Of a stretch of DNA of 64,000 nucleotides, positions 28,670 to 38,591 are shown one piece after another. Source of the DNA: an uncultured Clostridia bacterium. Its GTDB lineage: Bacteria > Bacillota > Clostridia > Oscillospirales > CAG-272. A model generated the notes under the pieces. The model saw nothing but the letters and a program-made list of their open reading frames with translations, had not been told where the DNA came from and searched no databases. Made by a program: the position numbers and the translations under genes. The DNA lies in assembly GCA_947631765.1 (NCBI GenBank), contig CANRMP010000013.1, forward strand, positions 141 through 64,140, given 5' to 3'. Within the stretch, counting starts at the first letter, position 1, and each line of letters begins with the position of its first letter.

Positions 28670-29455
28670 ATGGAGCTTAATACCACGCTTGACTTTTACG
28701 AGACGGGACCTTATAAGGCAGATGAAAGCTATCGCTGGGGACCGGGGATTCAGGGACTTTACGTTATACATTATATTAAAAAGGGGAGCGGATTTTTCGA
28801 AACCGACCAAAAGCTGTACAAAATAAGCGCGGGAGAGAGCTTTATAATATACCCCGAGCAGACGGTAAAATACTACCCCGACCCGAGCGACCCGTGGGAG
28901 TACTGTTGGGTCAATTTCACCGGAACGGGAGCGCGGGACATTATTGCAATGACCGCCTTTTCCGAGTATCCGGTATGCCCGAAAAATGCGGGGCTCCTTG
29001 AAATTTTCGATAAATTCTTAAAGGATAAAAAATACCGCTACGCGCAGATTTTTAATCTCGGAATGCTTCAAATTCTTCTGTCTGAATACATACGTCTTTA
29101 CCCCGCAAGCAGGCTTGAACCCACCCTGGGGCATATTAATTATGCCCATCAGTGTGTAAATTCGGGCTATCACAGGCAAAATTTCGGGGTTGGCGAGCTG
29201 GCGCGAGCGGTGGGAGTCGAGCGCACGTATCTTTACCGCATATTTATGGAAAACGACGGCGTTTCCCCAAAGCAGTATATAATCGACACAAGAATGAAAA
29301 ACGCGCTTCAAATGATGGAAAGGGGAATAACCTCCATTCAGCTTATCTCCTATTCGGTAGGATACGATGACCCGCTGTATTTTTCAAACGCGTTTAAGAA
29401 AAAATTCGGCTTATCCCCGAAAAATTACATTAAAACAAAGCTTCAAAAAAGATAG
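28670..29455 (+). CDS. AraC-family transcriptional regulator (cupin sensor plus HTH_18)
   Basis: The C-terminus has the AraC double HTH (LARAVGVERTYLYRIF..VGYDDPLYFSNAFKKKFGLSP). Divergent from the lipoprotein/GH27 operon. Confidence 0.85.
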   Translation: MELNTTLDFYETGPYKADESYRWGPGIQGLYVIHYIKKGSGFFETDQKLYKISAGESFIIYPEQTVKYYPDPSDPWEYCWVNFTGTGARDIIAMTAFSEYPVCPKNAGLLEIFDKFLKDKKYRYAQIFNLGMLQILLSEYIRLYPASRLEPTLGHINYAHQCVNSGYHRQNFGVGELARAVGVERTYLYRIFMENDGVSPKQYIIDTRMKNALQMMERGITSIQLISYSVGYDDPLYFSNAFKKKFGLSPKNYIKTKLQKR

Positions 29456-29726
29456 TCGGCAAATATTTGCCGTACAGAGCAGTCGGAAAACAAAAAAGTC
29501 TGCAACGCCGTGCGGCGCGGAAAATAGAATTTTACTTGTTTTGACAACCAATGACATGAAAAGGCAATATGCATTTTGCACAAATAATTCGCCTTTGAAA
29601 ATGTCTTACATATGTTTTTGTTGTGCATGTTTTACGAAAAATTAAATGTTTTGGGGAACAGCTTGATTTTATTTGGGCAATTATGCTATAATCAGGGTGA
29701 AATAATTCAAATGTTAGGAGGAACGT

Positions 29727-31244
29727 ATGAAACGTATGAAAAGAATCATTTCACTTATTCTTTCGCTGACAATGATTGCCGGTCTTTGCGCCGCTTTCTC
29801 GGTTTCTGCCGCAGAAGAAGCAAAAGCTCCGAAAATCACGGTCGACGGCAAGCTTGACGACTGGCAGGGCACTCACACACTCAGCGTTGTGGGAACCGGC
29901 GAGTTCGACGGAAAAAAGGTCACATTCTACGGCACTGTAACAGACGAGGGTATCTACCTTGCGGCGGATGCATATCATGCAATTTACGCAACCAATGCGA
30001 GCGAATGGTGGCAGAACACCAACTTTGAATTTTTTGTAGACCGCGCAATGAACAGAGACGATACCAAGCAGATGTGGGTTTCAGCAAAAGGAATGGGAGA
30101 AAACGACACAACCCCGCTTAAAAGTCGCACCGAGCTTAATGCCGTTATGATTACCAAAGCGGAACAGAACGGCGCCGCGGCATATCATACCATTGCCGAG
30201 GTGTTTATTCCCAAAACAATTGATTTTGTTGCCTCCAATATTATAAACGGCAATGCAAGAGTCGGTATTGCTTGGAAAACTCTTGACGACAAAATCAACA
30301 ACAGCGAAGCAGGCGACTCGACTGAATACTGGATGCCGAAGGGCACATATCCCGACAACAGGGACAAGGCAATTGTAAACGCTCGCGGTATTTTCAAACA
30401 GGCTGAGCCCGATTACGGCGGTTACGGTATCAACGCAACCTTCTACAGCAATTCGGATCATGACGCTTTGAAGGCGGCGCTTCCCAAGGGCTCAAGCGGA
30501 AGGGAAAATGACACCAACGGCGCTCAGTGTATCCCCGAAAACTTCAGATACGCCGAATCCATTGATAATATCATGAAGTTAATGAAGGAGGAGAGAACAA
30601 GAGTCATTGAGACTATAGCGGATGCGGCAACATGGGGAGATTTCTATTTGGTCGAGCTTGACGGATATATCTCTCCCAATACTACAGGAGATTACACCTT
30701 CGGCGCATACGAGGTTGATAACTGCTTCTATATGCAAATTAACGAAACCACCGTATACGAGTTCTGGGCAAATGACATCTATAACGCCAACGGCGCCGGC
30801 GGTAACACCTACACAAGCAGTATAAGCCTTGAGGCTGGCAAGATTTACAAGTTCAAAGCGGTATTCTTGGAGATCGACGGCGGAGAGGTCATTAATCTGA
30901 ATGCCAAGATCGGCAGCGGTGAAGCAAAGAGCGTAAACGAGCTGTTCACATTCACCACATCCCACGAGCACGAGTGGTCTGATGTTAAAGTAACAAAAGA
31001 GGCTACTTGCGGCAAGGCGGGAGAAGGAACACAAACCTGCGAAAAATGCGGCGAGCAGAAGAAAGTCTCTATTCCCGCAACAGGCGAGCATACATATGTT
31101 GACGGCGTCTGCTCTGTCTGCGGCGCGAAAGAAAACGAGTCCCCGAAGACCGGAGATATGACGGTACTTGTATCTGTTATCGCAATTGTTTCACTCGTCG
31201 GAGCTGCGGTTGTAGTAAGCAAAAAGAGAATACGCAGCAGATAA
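29727..31244 (+). CDS. Sortase-anchored surface protein with an N-terminal carbohydrate-binding (CBM9/DOMON-like) module and a PA14 domain
   Basis: Signal peptide. PA14-like GDFYLVELDGYISPNTTGDYTFGAYEVDNCFYMQINE. C-terminal SPKTG (31140-31154) followed by a hydrophobic helix and a KKRIRSR tail. Confidence 0.75.
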   Translation: MKRMKRIISLILSLTMIAGLCAAFSVSAAEEAKAPKITVDGKLDDWQGTHTLSVVGTGEFDGKKVTFYGTVTDEGIYLAADAYHAIYATNASEWWQNTNFEFFVDRAMNRDDTKQMWVSAKGMGENDTTPLKSRTELNAVMITKAEQNGAAAYHTIAEVFIPKTIDFVASNIINGNARVGIAWKTLDDKINNSEAGDSTEYWMPKGTYPDNRDKAIVNARGIFKQAEPDYGGYGINATFYSNSDHDALKAALPKGSSGRENDTNGAQCIPENFRYAESIDNIMKLMKEERTRVIETIADAATWGDFYLVELDGYISPNTTGDYTFGAYEVDNCFYMQINETTVYEFWANDIYNANGAGGNTYTSSISLEAGKIYKFKAVFLEIDGGEVINLNAKIGSGEAKSVNELFTFTTSHEHEWSDVKVTKEATCGKAGEGTQTCEKCGEQKKVSIPATGEHTYVDGVCSVCGAKENESPKTGDMTVLVSVIAIVSLVGAAVVVSKKRIRSR

Positions 31245-31276
31245 TAATTAAATAAGGCGCCGCCTTTTGTGCTTTT

Positions 31277-31322
31277 GCCCGCTTTACGTCTTTTCAGACG
31301 TAAAGCGGGCATTTTTGTTTTT
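31277..31322 (+). terminator. Rho-independent terminator
   Basis: GCCCGCTTTACGTC pairs with GACGTAAAGCGGGC, followed by a T-run. Confidence 0.75.
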
Positions 31323-31491
31323 TGCGCAAAATTACAGCGATAAGCACAAGCCGAAGAGTTATATTTGTACGCTCTGCTCTTTTTTCAAAAAATTTTTTAT
31401 AAAAATTTGTGAAAAATTATTGTAAAGCGCGCGTTAATCTGATATAATTTGACTTAAAGTGTTTATTATACGCAGTTAAAAAGGAGATATT

Positions 31492-32793
31492 ATGGAACGC
31501 TACTATCAACCCGAAATAGAAACCGCAAGCCTTGAGCAGATAAAGGCATGGCAGAACGAGCGCCTTTTAAAGCAGGTGAAGCACGTATGGGATAACGTAC
31601 CCTACTACCGCAAAAAAATGGAGGAAAAGGGGCTGACACCCGATGACATAAAGTCGCTTGACGACCTTCACAAGCTTCCCTTTCTCTCCAAAGACGACCT
31701 GAGAGAGGCATATCCTTACGGTCTTTTGGCAAAGCCACTTTCAGACTGTGTGCGCATTCAGTCCACCTCCGGAACCACGGGAAAAAGGGTTGTGGCGTTT
31801 TACACACAGCACGATATAGACCTGTGGGATGAATGCTGTGCGCGCGCCATTGTCGCCGCGGGCGGCACAAAGGACGACGTCTGCCAGGTATCCTACGGCT
31901 ACGGACTCTTTACCGGAGGACCCGGACTTAACGGCGGCTCGCACAAGGTCGGCTGTCTCACAATTCCCACCTCCTCGGGAAACACCGAGCGCCAGATCAT
32001 GTTCATAATGGACCTGCACGCCACAATTCTCTGCTGCACCCCCTCATACGCGGCGTACATAGGCGAAACAATGAAGGAAATGGGGCTCACCCCGGACGAG
32101 ATTCCGCTTAAAGCCGGAATATTCGGCGCCGAGGCTTGGAGCGAAGAAATGCGAAGGGATATTCAAAATACTTTAGGCATAAAGGCGTACGACATCTACG
32201 GACTTACCGAGCTTTCGGGTCCCGGCGTGTCTTTTGAATGTTCGGAACAGACCGGTATGCACATTAACGAGGACCACTTCATCGCCGAAATTATCGATCC
32301 CGACACCGGCGAGGTGCTGCCCGAAGGATCGGTCGGCGAGCTCGTCTTTACCTCAATTACAAAAGAGGCGTTTCCCCTGCTTCGCTACCGCACAAGAGAC
32401 ATCTGCAAGCTCACCCGCAAGCCCTGCTCCTGCGGAAGAACTCATATCAAGATGTGCAAGCCTATGGGTCGAAGCGACGATATGCTTATAATACGAGGAG
32501 TCAACGTCTTCCCGTCGCAAATCGAAACGGTTCTGCTCAATAAGGGCTACCCCGCAAACTATCAAATAATCGTCGACCGCGTCAGATCAACCGACACCTT
32601 GGACGTACATGTGGAGCTTACCCCCGAAATGCTCACCGACGATCCCGAAGTTAACGAACGCCGTCAAAACGAGCTGGTTAGCGCGCTTCGCTCTATGCTC
32701 GGAATCACCGCAAAAGTGACCTTGGTAGAGCCTAAAACAATCGTGCGCAGTGAGGGCAAAGCGGTTCGCGTTATAGATAAGCGTAAAATTTAA
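31492..32793 (+). CDS. paaK: Phenylacetate-CoA ligase family protein
   Basis: 433 aa with the PaaK pattern (MERYYQPEIETASLEQIKAWQNERL, STSGTTGKRVV, YGLTE). Confidence 0.85.
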   Translation: MERYYQPEIETASLEQIKAWQNERLLKQVKHVWDNVPYYRKKMEEKGLTPDDIKSLDDLHKLPFLSKDDLREAYPYGLLAKPLSDCVRIQSTSGTTGKRVVAFYTQHDIDLWDECCARAIVAAGGTKDDVCQVSYGYGLFTGGPGLNGGSHKVGCLTIPTSSGNTERQIMFIMDLHATILCCTPSYAAYIGETMKEMGLTPDEIPLKAGIFGAEAWSEEMRRDIQNTLGIKAYDIYGLTELSGPGVSFECSEQTGMHINEDHFIAEIIDPDTGEVLPEGSVGELVFTSITKEAFPLLRYRTRDICKLTRKPCSCGRTHIKMCKPMGRSDDMLIIRGVNVFPSQIETVLLNKGYPANYQIIVDRVRSTDTLDVHVELTPEMLTDDPEVNERRQNELVSALRSMLGITAKVTLVEPKTIVRSEGKAVRVIDKRKI

Positions 32794-32850
32794 AATATTT
32801 AAAAAGCACCTGTCCCTCTTAGCCGTGGGCAAAGCGCAAATAATAACTAA

Positions 32851-32897
32851 GCAAGGGTGTTTTGCCGCATGGCGGCAAAACACCCTTGCCGAATTTT
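32851..32897. terminator. Bidirectional terminator between convergent genes
   Basis: GCAAGGGTGTTTTGCCGC pairs with GCGGCAAAACACCCTTGC (18 bp, 3-nt loop), with a T-rich tail. Confidence 0.7.
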
Positions 32898-32928
32898 GAT
32901 GCAATAAATCCGAGAAGACAGAAAAATG

Positions 32929-34695
32929 TCAGCTTTGCGCGGTACTCAGACGGTAGTAGTATCCCTTTTTAGCCATTAGCTCATCATGAGTGCCCGCCTC
33001 CATTATCATACCGCCGTCGATATACAAAATCTTGTCGCAGTTTTTAATGGTTGAAAGCCTGTGTGCAATGACAAAAGAGGTTCTGTTTTCCATCAGCTTT
33101 TCAATACCCTGCTGCAAAAGGCGCTCGGTTTTGGCGTCAATTGAGGAGGTCGCCTCGTCAAGAATAAGGATTGCCGGGTCGGAAACCATAGTGCGCGCAA
33201 ATGCTATAAGTTGGCGCTGACCCTGTGAGAGCATTCCCCCGCGTTCGGTGACCGACGTCTGATATCCGTCGGGCATTTGAGATATAAATTCATCGGCGCA
33301 CACCGCCGCCGCGGCGGCTTTTATCTCCTCATCTGTGGCGTCAAGCTTGCCGTAACGGATATTATCGGCTATGGTTCCGGTGAAAATAAAGCTGTCCTGG
33401 AGCATAATTCCCATTTGCGAGCGGAGCGAGTGCAGGGTTATATCGTTTATATTGACGTCGTCTATAAGAAGCTTCCCGTCCGTGACGTTATAGAAGCGGC
33501 TTATAAGGTTGACAATTGTCGATTTACCCGAACCGGTGGGACCGACAAGTGCGATGCGTTGTCCTTTTTCGACCTTCAAATTTATACCCTTTAACACATA
33601 ATAGTCCTTTTCATAGGCGAATTTCACGTCGCAAAACTCGACCTTTCCCTTCATCTCGGGGAGCGCCTTAGCCTCGGGCAGGTCACAGATATCGGCGGGC
33701 TCGTCGATGGTCTGGAAAATGCGCTCAAGATATGACATAGTCTTTAGAAGGTTGTTATAGATATTCGCAAGGCTGATAACCGGCTGCCAGAACTTTGAAG
33801 CGTATGTCGCCATTGCAATAAGTACGCCTATTTCAACCGAGGGGGAGATCCAAAGAATACCCGCGATATATACAAGGCAGAGCACCCACTGCTTTAAGTT
33901 TTCTGTAACCGGACCCATCACGTTGTTGAGATATGCCATTTTATACCATGCCTTTTGATAATCCTTATTGAGCTCGCGGTAAATTCTCTTGTTTTCCTCC
34001 TGACGGCGGAAAATTTGCGTAACCTTAACGCCCTCAATCGCCTCGCAGGTATAAGCGGTCAGGTTGGAGTTCTTATTGTTGCAGATAAAGTTTGCCTTTT
34101 TCTGCACATTTTTCAAAAGGAAGATAAAAACAAGCAGTATAGGCATTCCCGAAAGCACGATAAGCGAGAGTCGCACGTTGACCGAGAACATATACGCAAT
34201 GATAAAGAAAATGTTGAGCAGCTCAAGAACGGCGTTGACAAGCCCGTTTGTGAGCGAATCCGAAACGTTGTTCACGTAGTTTACGACCCTGACGAGAATT
34301 TTGCCGTGCGGACGGCTGTCGTAATAGGAAAAAGGCAGGGTTTGAAGGTGGTCGAAAACATCCTTTCGGATATCGTAAATCATCGACTGACCGCAATAGG
34401 ACATTATAACGCCTCGTATGGCGCCGAGAATTGTTGAAGCCACGACAAGTCCGAGAGTCCAGAAAGCGAGCTTTACCACCATGTTCATGTCACCATTAGG
34501 AATAGCGACGTCCATTGCCTTTTGAAGCAGTACCGGGGTTGCCAGCCCGAGCAGGGAGCCGGTCATAGAGAGCAGGAGCGCAAGAATCATCAGCTTTGCA
34601 TAAGGCTTCAAATAAACGCCCGAGCGTTTGAGCTTTGAGAAGTCAAAGCCCCTCTCAAGCTCCTCATCAACGTCGTATTTGTTGCGTTTTGCCAT
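32929..34695 (-). CDS. ABC exporter, fused permease/ATPase (type I, heterodimer partner)
   Basis: Six-TM region, Walker A GPTGSGKST, signature LSQGQRQ, Walker B ILILDEATS. Confidence 0.9.
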   Translation of the reverse strand: MAKRNKYDVDEELERGFDFSKLKRSGVYLKPYAKLMILALLLSMTGSLLGLATPVLLQKAMDVAIPNGDMNMVVKLAFWTLGLVVASTILGAIRGVIMSYCGQSMIYDIRKDVFDHLQTLPFSYYDSRPHGKILVRVVNYVNNVSDSLTNGLVNAVLELLNIFFIIAYMFSVNVRLSLIVLSGMPILLVFIFLLKNVQKKANFICNNKNSNLTAYTCEAIEGVKVTQIFRRQEENKRIYRELNKDYQKAWYKMAYLNNVMGPVTENLKQWVLCLVYIAGILWISPSVEIGVLIAMATYASKFWQPVISLANIYNNLLKTMSYLERIFQTIDEPADICDLPEAKALPEMKGKVEFCDVKFAYEKDYYVLKGINLKVEKGQRIALVGPTGSGKSTIVNLISRFYNVTDGKLLIDDVNINDITLHSLRSQMGIMLQDSFIFTGTIADNIRYGKLDATDEEIKAAAAAVCADEFISQMPDGYQTSVTERGGMLSQGQRQLIAFARTMVSDPAILILDEATSSIDAKTERLLQQGIEKLMENRTSFVIAHRLSTIKNCDKILYIDGGMIMEAGTHDELMAKKGYYYRLSTAQS

Positions 34696-36548
34696 TATCG
34701 CTCACCTCCCACAGCACCGAGGACCAAGGGAGAAGCGCCCTTTAGGTCGTGATAATCGGTATTTTCGGCAATATTTTTTCTTGCCTCTTTTTCGTCGGCG
34801 GCGACCTTCCCCACAAAAGGCGGCAGGTCGTTTTCGTCCTGAAGCTCGCACACGTCGCGGTAGTAGCGGTTGCGTGCGGCAAGCTCGGCGTGAGTGCCGA
34901 TATCCACCTTGCCGTCCTCAAGCACAATTATCTTGTCGGCGTTTTTAATCGAGGAAATGCGCTGCGCTATGATTATTGTGGTACAGCCGAACGGCAGGTG
35001 GTGGAGATTGTACTGCATTTGCTTTTCAGTCTCCATATCAACCGCCGAGGTCGTGTCGTCAAGAATAAGAACCGAGGGAATCGCGGCAATTGCACGCGCC
35101 AGGGCTATTCTCTGGCGCTGACCGCCCGAAAGCCCCACGCCGCGCTCACCGACAATGGTGTCGTATCCTTCGGGCATCTTGCGGATAAAATCGTCGGCGC
35201 AGGCAAGCTGTGCGCACTCGTATATCTGCTCCATTTCCATATCCGGTTTGCAGAAGGAAATATTCCCCGCAATCGTGTCGGAAAAAAGGAAAACCTCCTG
35301 CGTGGCTATTGCCACTGTTTTGTGTATGCTTTCAAGCGTTCGAAACCGCACGTCGACGCCGTCAAGGAAAATGCTCCCTTCGTTCACGTCATAGAAACGA
35401 GCGATAAGCGAGGCGATAGTTGATTTTCCCGAACCGGTGGGACCTATAATTCCGACAACCGAGCCGGCGTCAATGGCAAACGACACCTTGTCAAGCACCT
35501 TTTTGTCCTTTGTATAGCCGAAGGTTACGTTTTTGAAAACAATTCTGCCGTCAAAGCGCTCCTCTTTATGCACGGCGTCCTCCCTGTCGTGAATGAGCGG
35601 TGCGTCATAGCATATTTCCATAACCTTGTCGGTCGCCGCCCAAAAGCGCTGCATATCGTTAAGCAGTCCGCTTACTCGGCGCATCGGGTCGGAAAGCGCC
35701 CACGTCAGGCTTGTGAAAAGGGTGAGCTCTCCGAGAGTTATCTGCCCCGTAACGGCGAAAAGCCCGCCGACGAGAATTGTGAGAAAAGAGAGAAACTGAG
35801 CGAGAAAGTCAATGACCGGCACAACCTTCTGCCATGCGTAGGCGGCGTGCATGTTCTCGTCCTTGAACTTTTTGGAGCTTTTATCGAACTTCTCGATTTC
35901 ATAATCCTCTCTTGCAAACGCCTTGACAACCCTGTTTCCCTCAATATTCTCTCTGGCGTCAATGTTGAGCATGGAGAGGCGCTCTCTTATCGAGCGGTAT
36001 ATCGGCGCAACCTTTTTTGAGTAAATCACGGTCGCAATTATTATAAACGGCGTAACGGCAAGCAGAGTGAGAGTCAACTGCCAGCTTACAAACAAAAGCA
36101 GAATAAGCGCCGAGACAAAGGTCACGACAATATCGACCGCGTTATAGGATATGTACGCCACAAAATGCCGCAGATACTCAAGGTCTCCCGTGGCGCGGGT
36201 GATAATGTCCCCTGCCCGTATGCGGTCAAAGAAGCGAAGCTCCTGATACTGCATGTTGGTGAATATCTTGTTTCGTATGTTCATTAGCATATTTTGGCTT
36301 GCCTGCTCCATGCATATGACCTTTATCATGTGCAGACCGGTCTTGACAAGCACAACAAGGCTCATAATCCCCAAGATGGGAAGGAGCCATTTCAGCTTGC
36401 CGCCGCGTATGACATCGTCAACGAGCAGCTTTTCAAGATACGGGTTGACAATGACCACAGCGGAGGTCACAAGGGTTATAAGCATTCCCAAAATAAAAAC
36501 AAAACGCTTACCCTTTACGTTACGCCATATAAATCGAATTTGAAACAT
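34695..36548 (-). CDS. ABC exporter, fused permease/ATPase (heterodimer partner)
   Basis: GPTGSGKST, LSGGQRQ, VLILDDTTS. Start moved to ATG 36548, behind the GGAGAA RBS. Its stop overlaps the downstream partner's start. Confidence 0.9.
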   Translation of the reverse strand: MFQIRFIWRNVKGKRFVFILGMLITLVTSAVVIVNPYLEKLLVDDVIRGGKLKWLLPILGIMSLVVLVKTGLHMIKVICMEQASQNMLMNIRNKIFTNMQYQELRFFDRIRAGDIITRATGDLEYLRHFVAYISYNAVDIVVTFVSALILLLFVSWQLTLTLLAVTPFIIIATVIYSKKVAPIYRSIRERLSMLNIDARENIEGNRVVKAFAREDYEIEKFDKSSKKFKDENMHAAYAWQKVVPVIDFLAQFLSFLTILVGGLFAVTGQITLGELTLFTSLTWALSDPMRRVSGLLNDMQRFWAATDKVMEICYDAPLIHDREDAVHKEERFDGRIVFKNVTFGYTKDKKVLDKVSFAIDAGSVVGIIGPTGSGKSTIASLIARFYDVNEGSIFLDGVDVRFRTLESIHKTVAIATQEVFLFSDTIAGNISFCKPDMEMEQIYECAQLACADDFIRKMPEGYDTIVGERGVGLSGGQRQRIALARAIAAIPSVLILDDTTSAVDMETEKQMQYNLHHLPFGCTTIIIAQRISSIKNADKIIVLEDGKVDIGTHAELAARNRYYRDVCELQDENDLPPFVGKVAADEKEARKNIAENTDYHDLKGASPLVLGAVGGER

Positions 36549-36884
36549 TGCTTTTTCTCCGTTCAAAACTGATTTTTTTGTGTTTTTTTCGCGCGGAGTT
36601 TGCGCTTTTCGCTTTTTGCCACAAAAGCTTCGTACATTATATTCCTTTAATAATAAAAAGTCAATGGCAAAACAAAATCTTTTTTTAATTTTTTTCACCG
36701 CCGCTATTTGTTTATGTAAAATCCCGAAACCCGCCGAAATTTAAGGGCAAAAAAACGAAGCTTTTATAAAAGCAACGCATATTCCCGCCCGCCGCAAAGC
36801 TTGATTTTGCCGCCTTGTTTATCCCCGCTTTTTGTTTATTCCTCCTCTCTTTGGATAAACTAATTACAAAAACGAGGTAATAAA

Positions 36885-37769
36885 ATGGGCAAAGCTATCA
36901 ACAATTATAAAATCGCGCGGAGGCTTAAGAGCGCGGCGGGACTTCTTGTCGGCAATCTGCTGCTTGCCTTTTCGGTAAACTGTTTTTTCATACCGAATAA
37001 CATAATGAGCGGCGGAGCCACCGGCGTTTCGCTCATTCTCTACCGCTTTTTCAATATAAACACCTCTATAACCGTTTTCATAATAAACGGCATATTGCTT
37101 ATTGTCGGAACATTTACGGTAGGCAAAAATTTTCTCATTTCAACCGCCATAAGCTCCCTGCTCTATCCGTTCTTTCTCGGCGTTATATCGCTTTTGCCGA
37201 TAGTCCCGCCAGGTATTGACGACTTTACGGTAAAAATAATGTGCGGCGGCTTTCTCTCCGGACTCGGCATAGGGCTTGTAATAAGAGCGGGCGGCTCGAC
37301 TGGAGGTTCGGACGAGCTTGCAATTATTTTAAACAAGCTGACCTCCTATCCTGTGGCAAATATAATGAGCGCCGCCGATACCGCAATACTGCTCAGCGCC
37401 CTTTTCTTCTCCGAAATTCGGTTTGTCATATACAGCATTATTGCAATGATTATCGAAATATTCACAATAAGCCGGGTAACAGTGGCGGGAACAAGTAAAA
37501 TTCAGCTTTTCGTTGTGAGTCGAAAAAACGACGAAATAAGAAAAATGCTCCTTGAAAGAGCGGACGCGGGACTCACAATGATAGACGCCCACGGCGGCTA
37601 TCTCGGCACTGCCACCGGTGCCATTCTTTGCATAATTCCCCGCCGCAAGCTGTATCATATCGAGGAGGAAATATATAAAATCGACGAGGACACCTTCATA
37701 ACAGTCACAGAAATCAAAGAGGTTCGCGGCAACGGCTTCTCCCGGGAGAGAAACAAAAGCGTAAATTAA
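36885..37769 (+). CDS. YitT-family membrane protein (DUF2179 C-terminal domain)
   Basis: Polytopic N-terminus with GGATGVSLIL and GGSTGGSDELA. The C-terminus is DUF2179-like (LTMIDAHGGY..TVTEIKEVRGNGF). Confidence 0.8.
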   Translation: MGKAINNYKIARRLKSAAGLLVGNLLLAFSVNCFFIPNNIMSGGATGVSLILYRFFNINTSITVFIINGILLIVGTFTVGKNFLISTAISSLLYPFFLGVISLLPIVPPGIDDFTVKIMCGGFLSGLGIGLVIRAGGSTGGSDELAIILNKLTSYPVANIMSAADTAILLSALFFSEIRFVIYSIIAMIIEIFTISRVTVAGTSKIQLFVVSRKNDEIRKMLLERADAGLTMIDAHGGYLGTATGAILCIIPRRKLYHIEEEIYKIDEDTFITVTEIKEVRGNGFSRERNKSVN

Positions 37770-37780
37770 ACTGCAAAATA

Positions 37781-37885
37781 AAAAGCGCTCCTTGAAGGAG
37801 CCGCACGCGGGCACACAATATAGAACCGCCAACAGCGCTTTCTCGGCACTGCCACCGGCGCCATTCTTTGCATGATCCCCCGCAC
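37781..37885 (+). pseudogene. Degenerate second copy of the yitT 3' segment
   Basis: 37781-37885 aligns by eye with 37541-37644 at a constant 240-nt offset (for example the shared CTCGGCACTGCCACCGG(T/C)GCCATTCTTTGCAT). It lies just downstream of the yitT stop. Confidence 0.6.
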
Positions 37886-37982
37886 ATTTTTCTTTTCAAA
37901 CCAACTTTTACCGCAAATTCCGCTCCGATATTATCTTTTCAAAATAACTTTTAACTTTATTTTTAAAAAATCAAAAAAGATA

Positions 37983-38011
37983 TTGAAAAACGTTTATTTC
38001 TGTGATATAAT
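37983..38011 (+). promoter_or_regulatory. Sigma-A-type promoter at the head of the tRNA-Ser repeat region
   Basis: TTGAAA (37983-37988), 17-nt spacer, TATAAT (38006-38011). Confidence 0.55.
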
Positions 38012-38048
38012 AGTCACCGTTACGGAAGTAACGCATTTAAAACAATAC

Positions 38049-38089
38049 GGAGAGGTATCGAAGCGGTCATAACGGGGCTGACTCGAAAT
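38049..38089 (+). pseudogene. Truncated tRNA-Ser-like 5' half (divergent copy) ending in the anticodon loop
   Basis: GGAGAGGTATCGAAGCGGTCATAACGGGGCTGACTCGAAAT has acceptor and D-arm features and the CTCGAAA anticodon loop. No 3' half follows. Confidence 0.5.
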
Positions 38090-38229
38090 TTTTTGAAGAG
38101 TTGGCTGTTTGCTCCGCTTAAAAAACCCATAAATTCAGGGTTTTCTTCGGTTCGAAAATTAAATATTTTGTTGTTCTTTCCGTCAGTTCTTTCCAAAAGT
38201 TTTTGGAAGAAATGCGAAATTACATACAC

Positions 38230-38270
38230 GGAGAGTTGTCCGAGTGGTCGAAGGTGCAGCACTCGAAATG
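38230..38270 (+). pseudogene. Truncated tRNA-Ser(CGA) 5' half, identical to the intact gene
   Basis: The 41 nt GGAGAGTTGTCCGAGTGGTCGAAGGTGCAGCACTCGAAATG equal 38413-38453. The sequence diverges immediately after the anticodon loop. Confidence 0.7.
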
Positions 38271-38412
38271 GTTGACTTCCGTGTCAGCTTTGTCCACCCG
38301 AAAATCCCCATTTTACGGAGCTTTTGCTCAATTCAAAAATCGAATATTTTGCTGTTCTGTCCTGCTGTTCTGCCCTCGGGTTTTTCGCAGAATTTCAGGC
38401 TTAACAATACAC

Positions 38413-38501
38413 GGAGAGTTGTCCGAGTGGTCGAAGGTGCAGCACTCGAAATGCTGTGTTCCCTCAAGGAACCTAGGGTTCGAATCCCTAACTCTCCGCC
38501 A
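38413..38501 (+). tRNA. tRNA-Ser (anticodon CGA), long variable arm, CCA encoded
   Basis: GGAGAGTTGTCCGAGTGGTCGAAGGTGCAGCACTCGAAATGCTGTGTTCCCTCAAGGAACCTAGGGTTCGAATCCCTAACTCTCCGCCA folds as a class II tRNA. Confidence 0.9.
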
Positions 38502-38542
38502 AAAAGTCCAGTAACCATGCGGGTTTCTGGACTTTTTCCTTT
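38502..38542 (+). terminator. Rho-independent terminator after tRNA-Ser
   Basis: AAAAGTCCAG pairs with CTGGACTTTT, followed by a T-rich tail. Confidence 0.65.
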
Positions 38543-38591
38543 TCCGGCAAAGCGTTTTCAGAGCACCGCATTTTTAGGGCAGAACAACATT

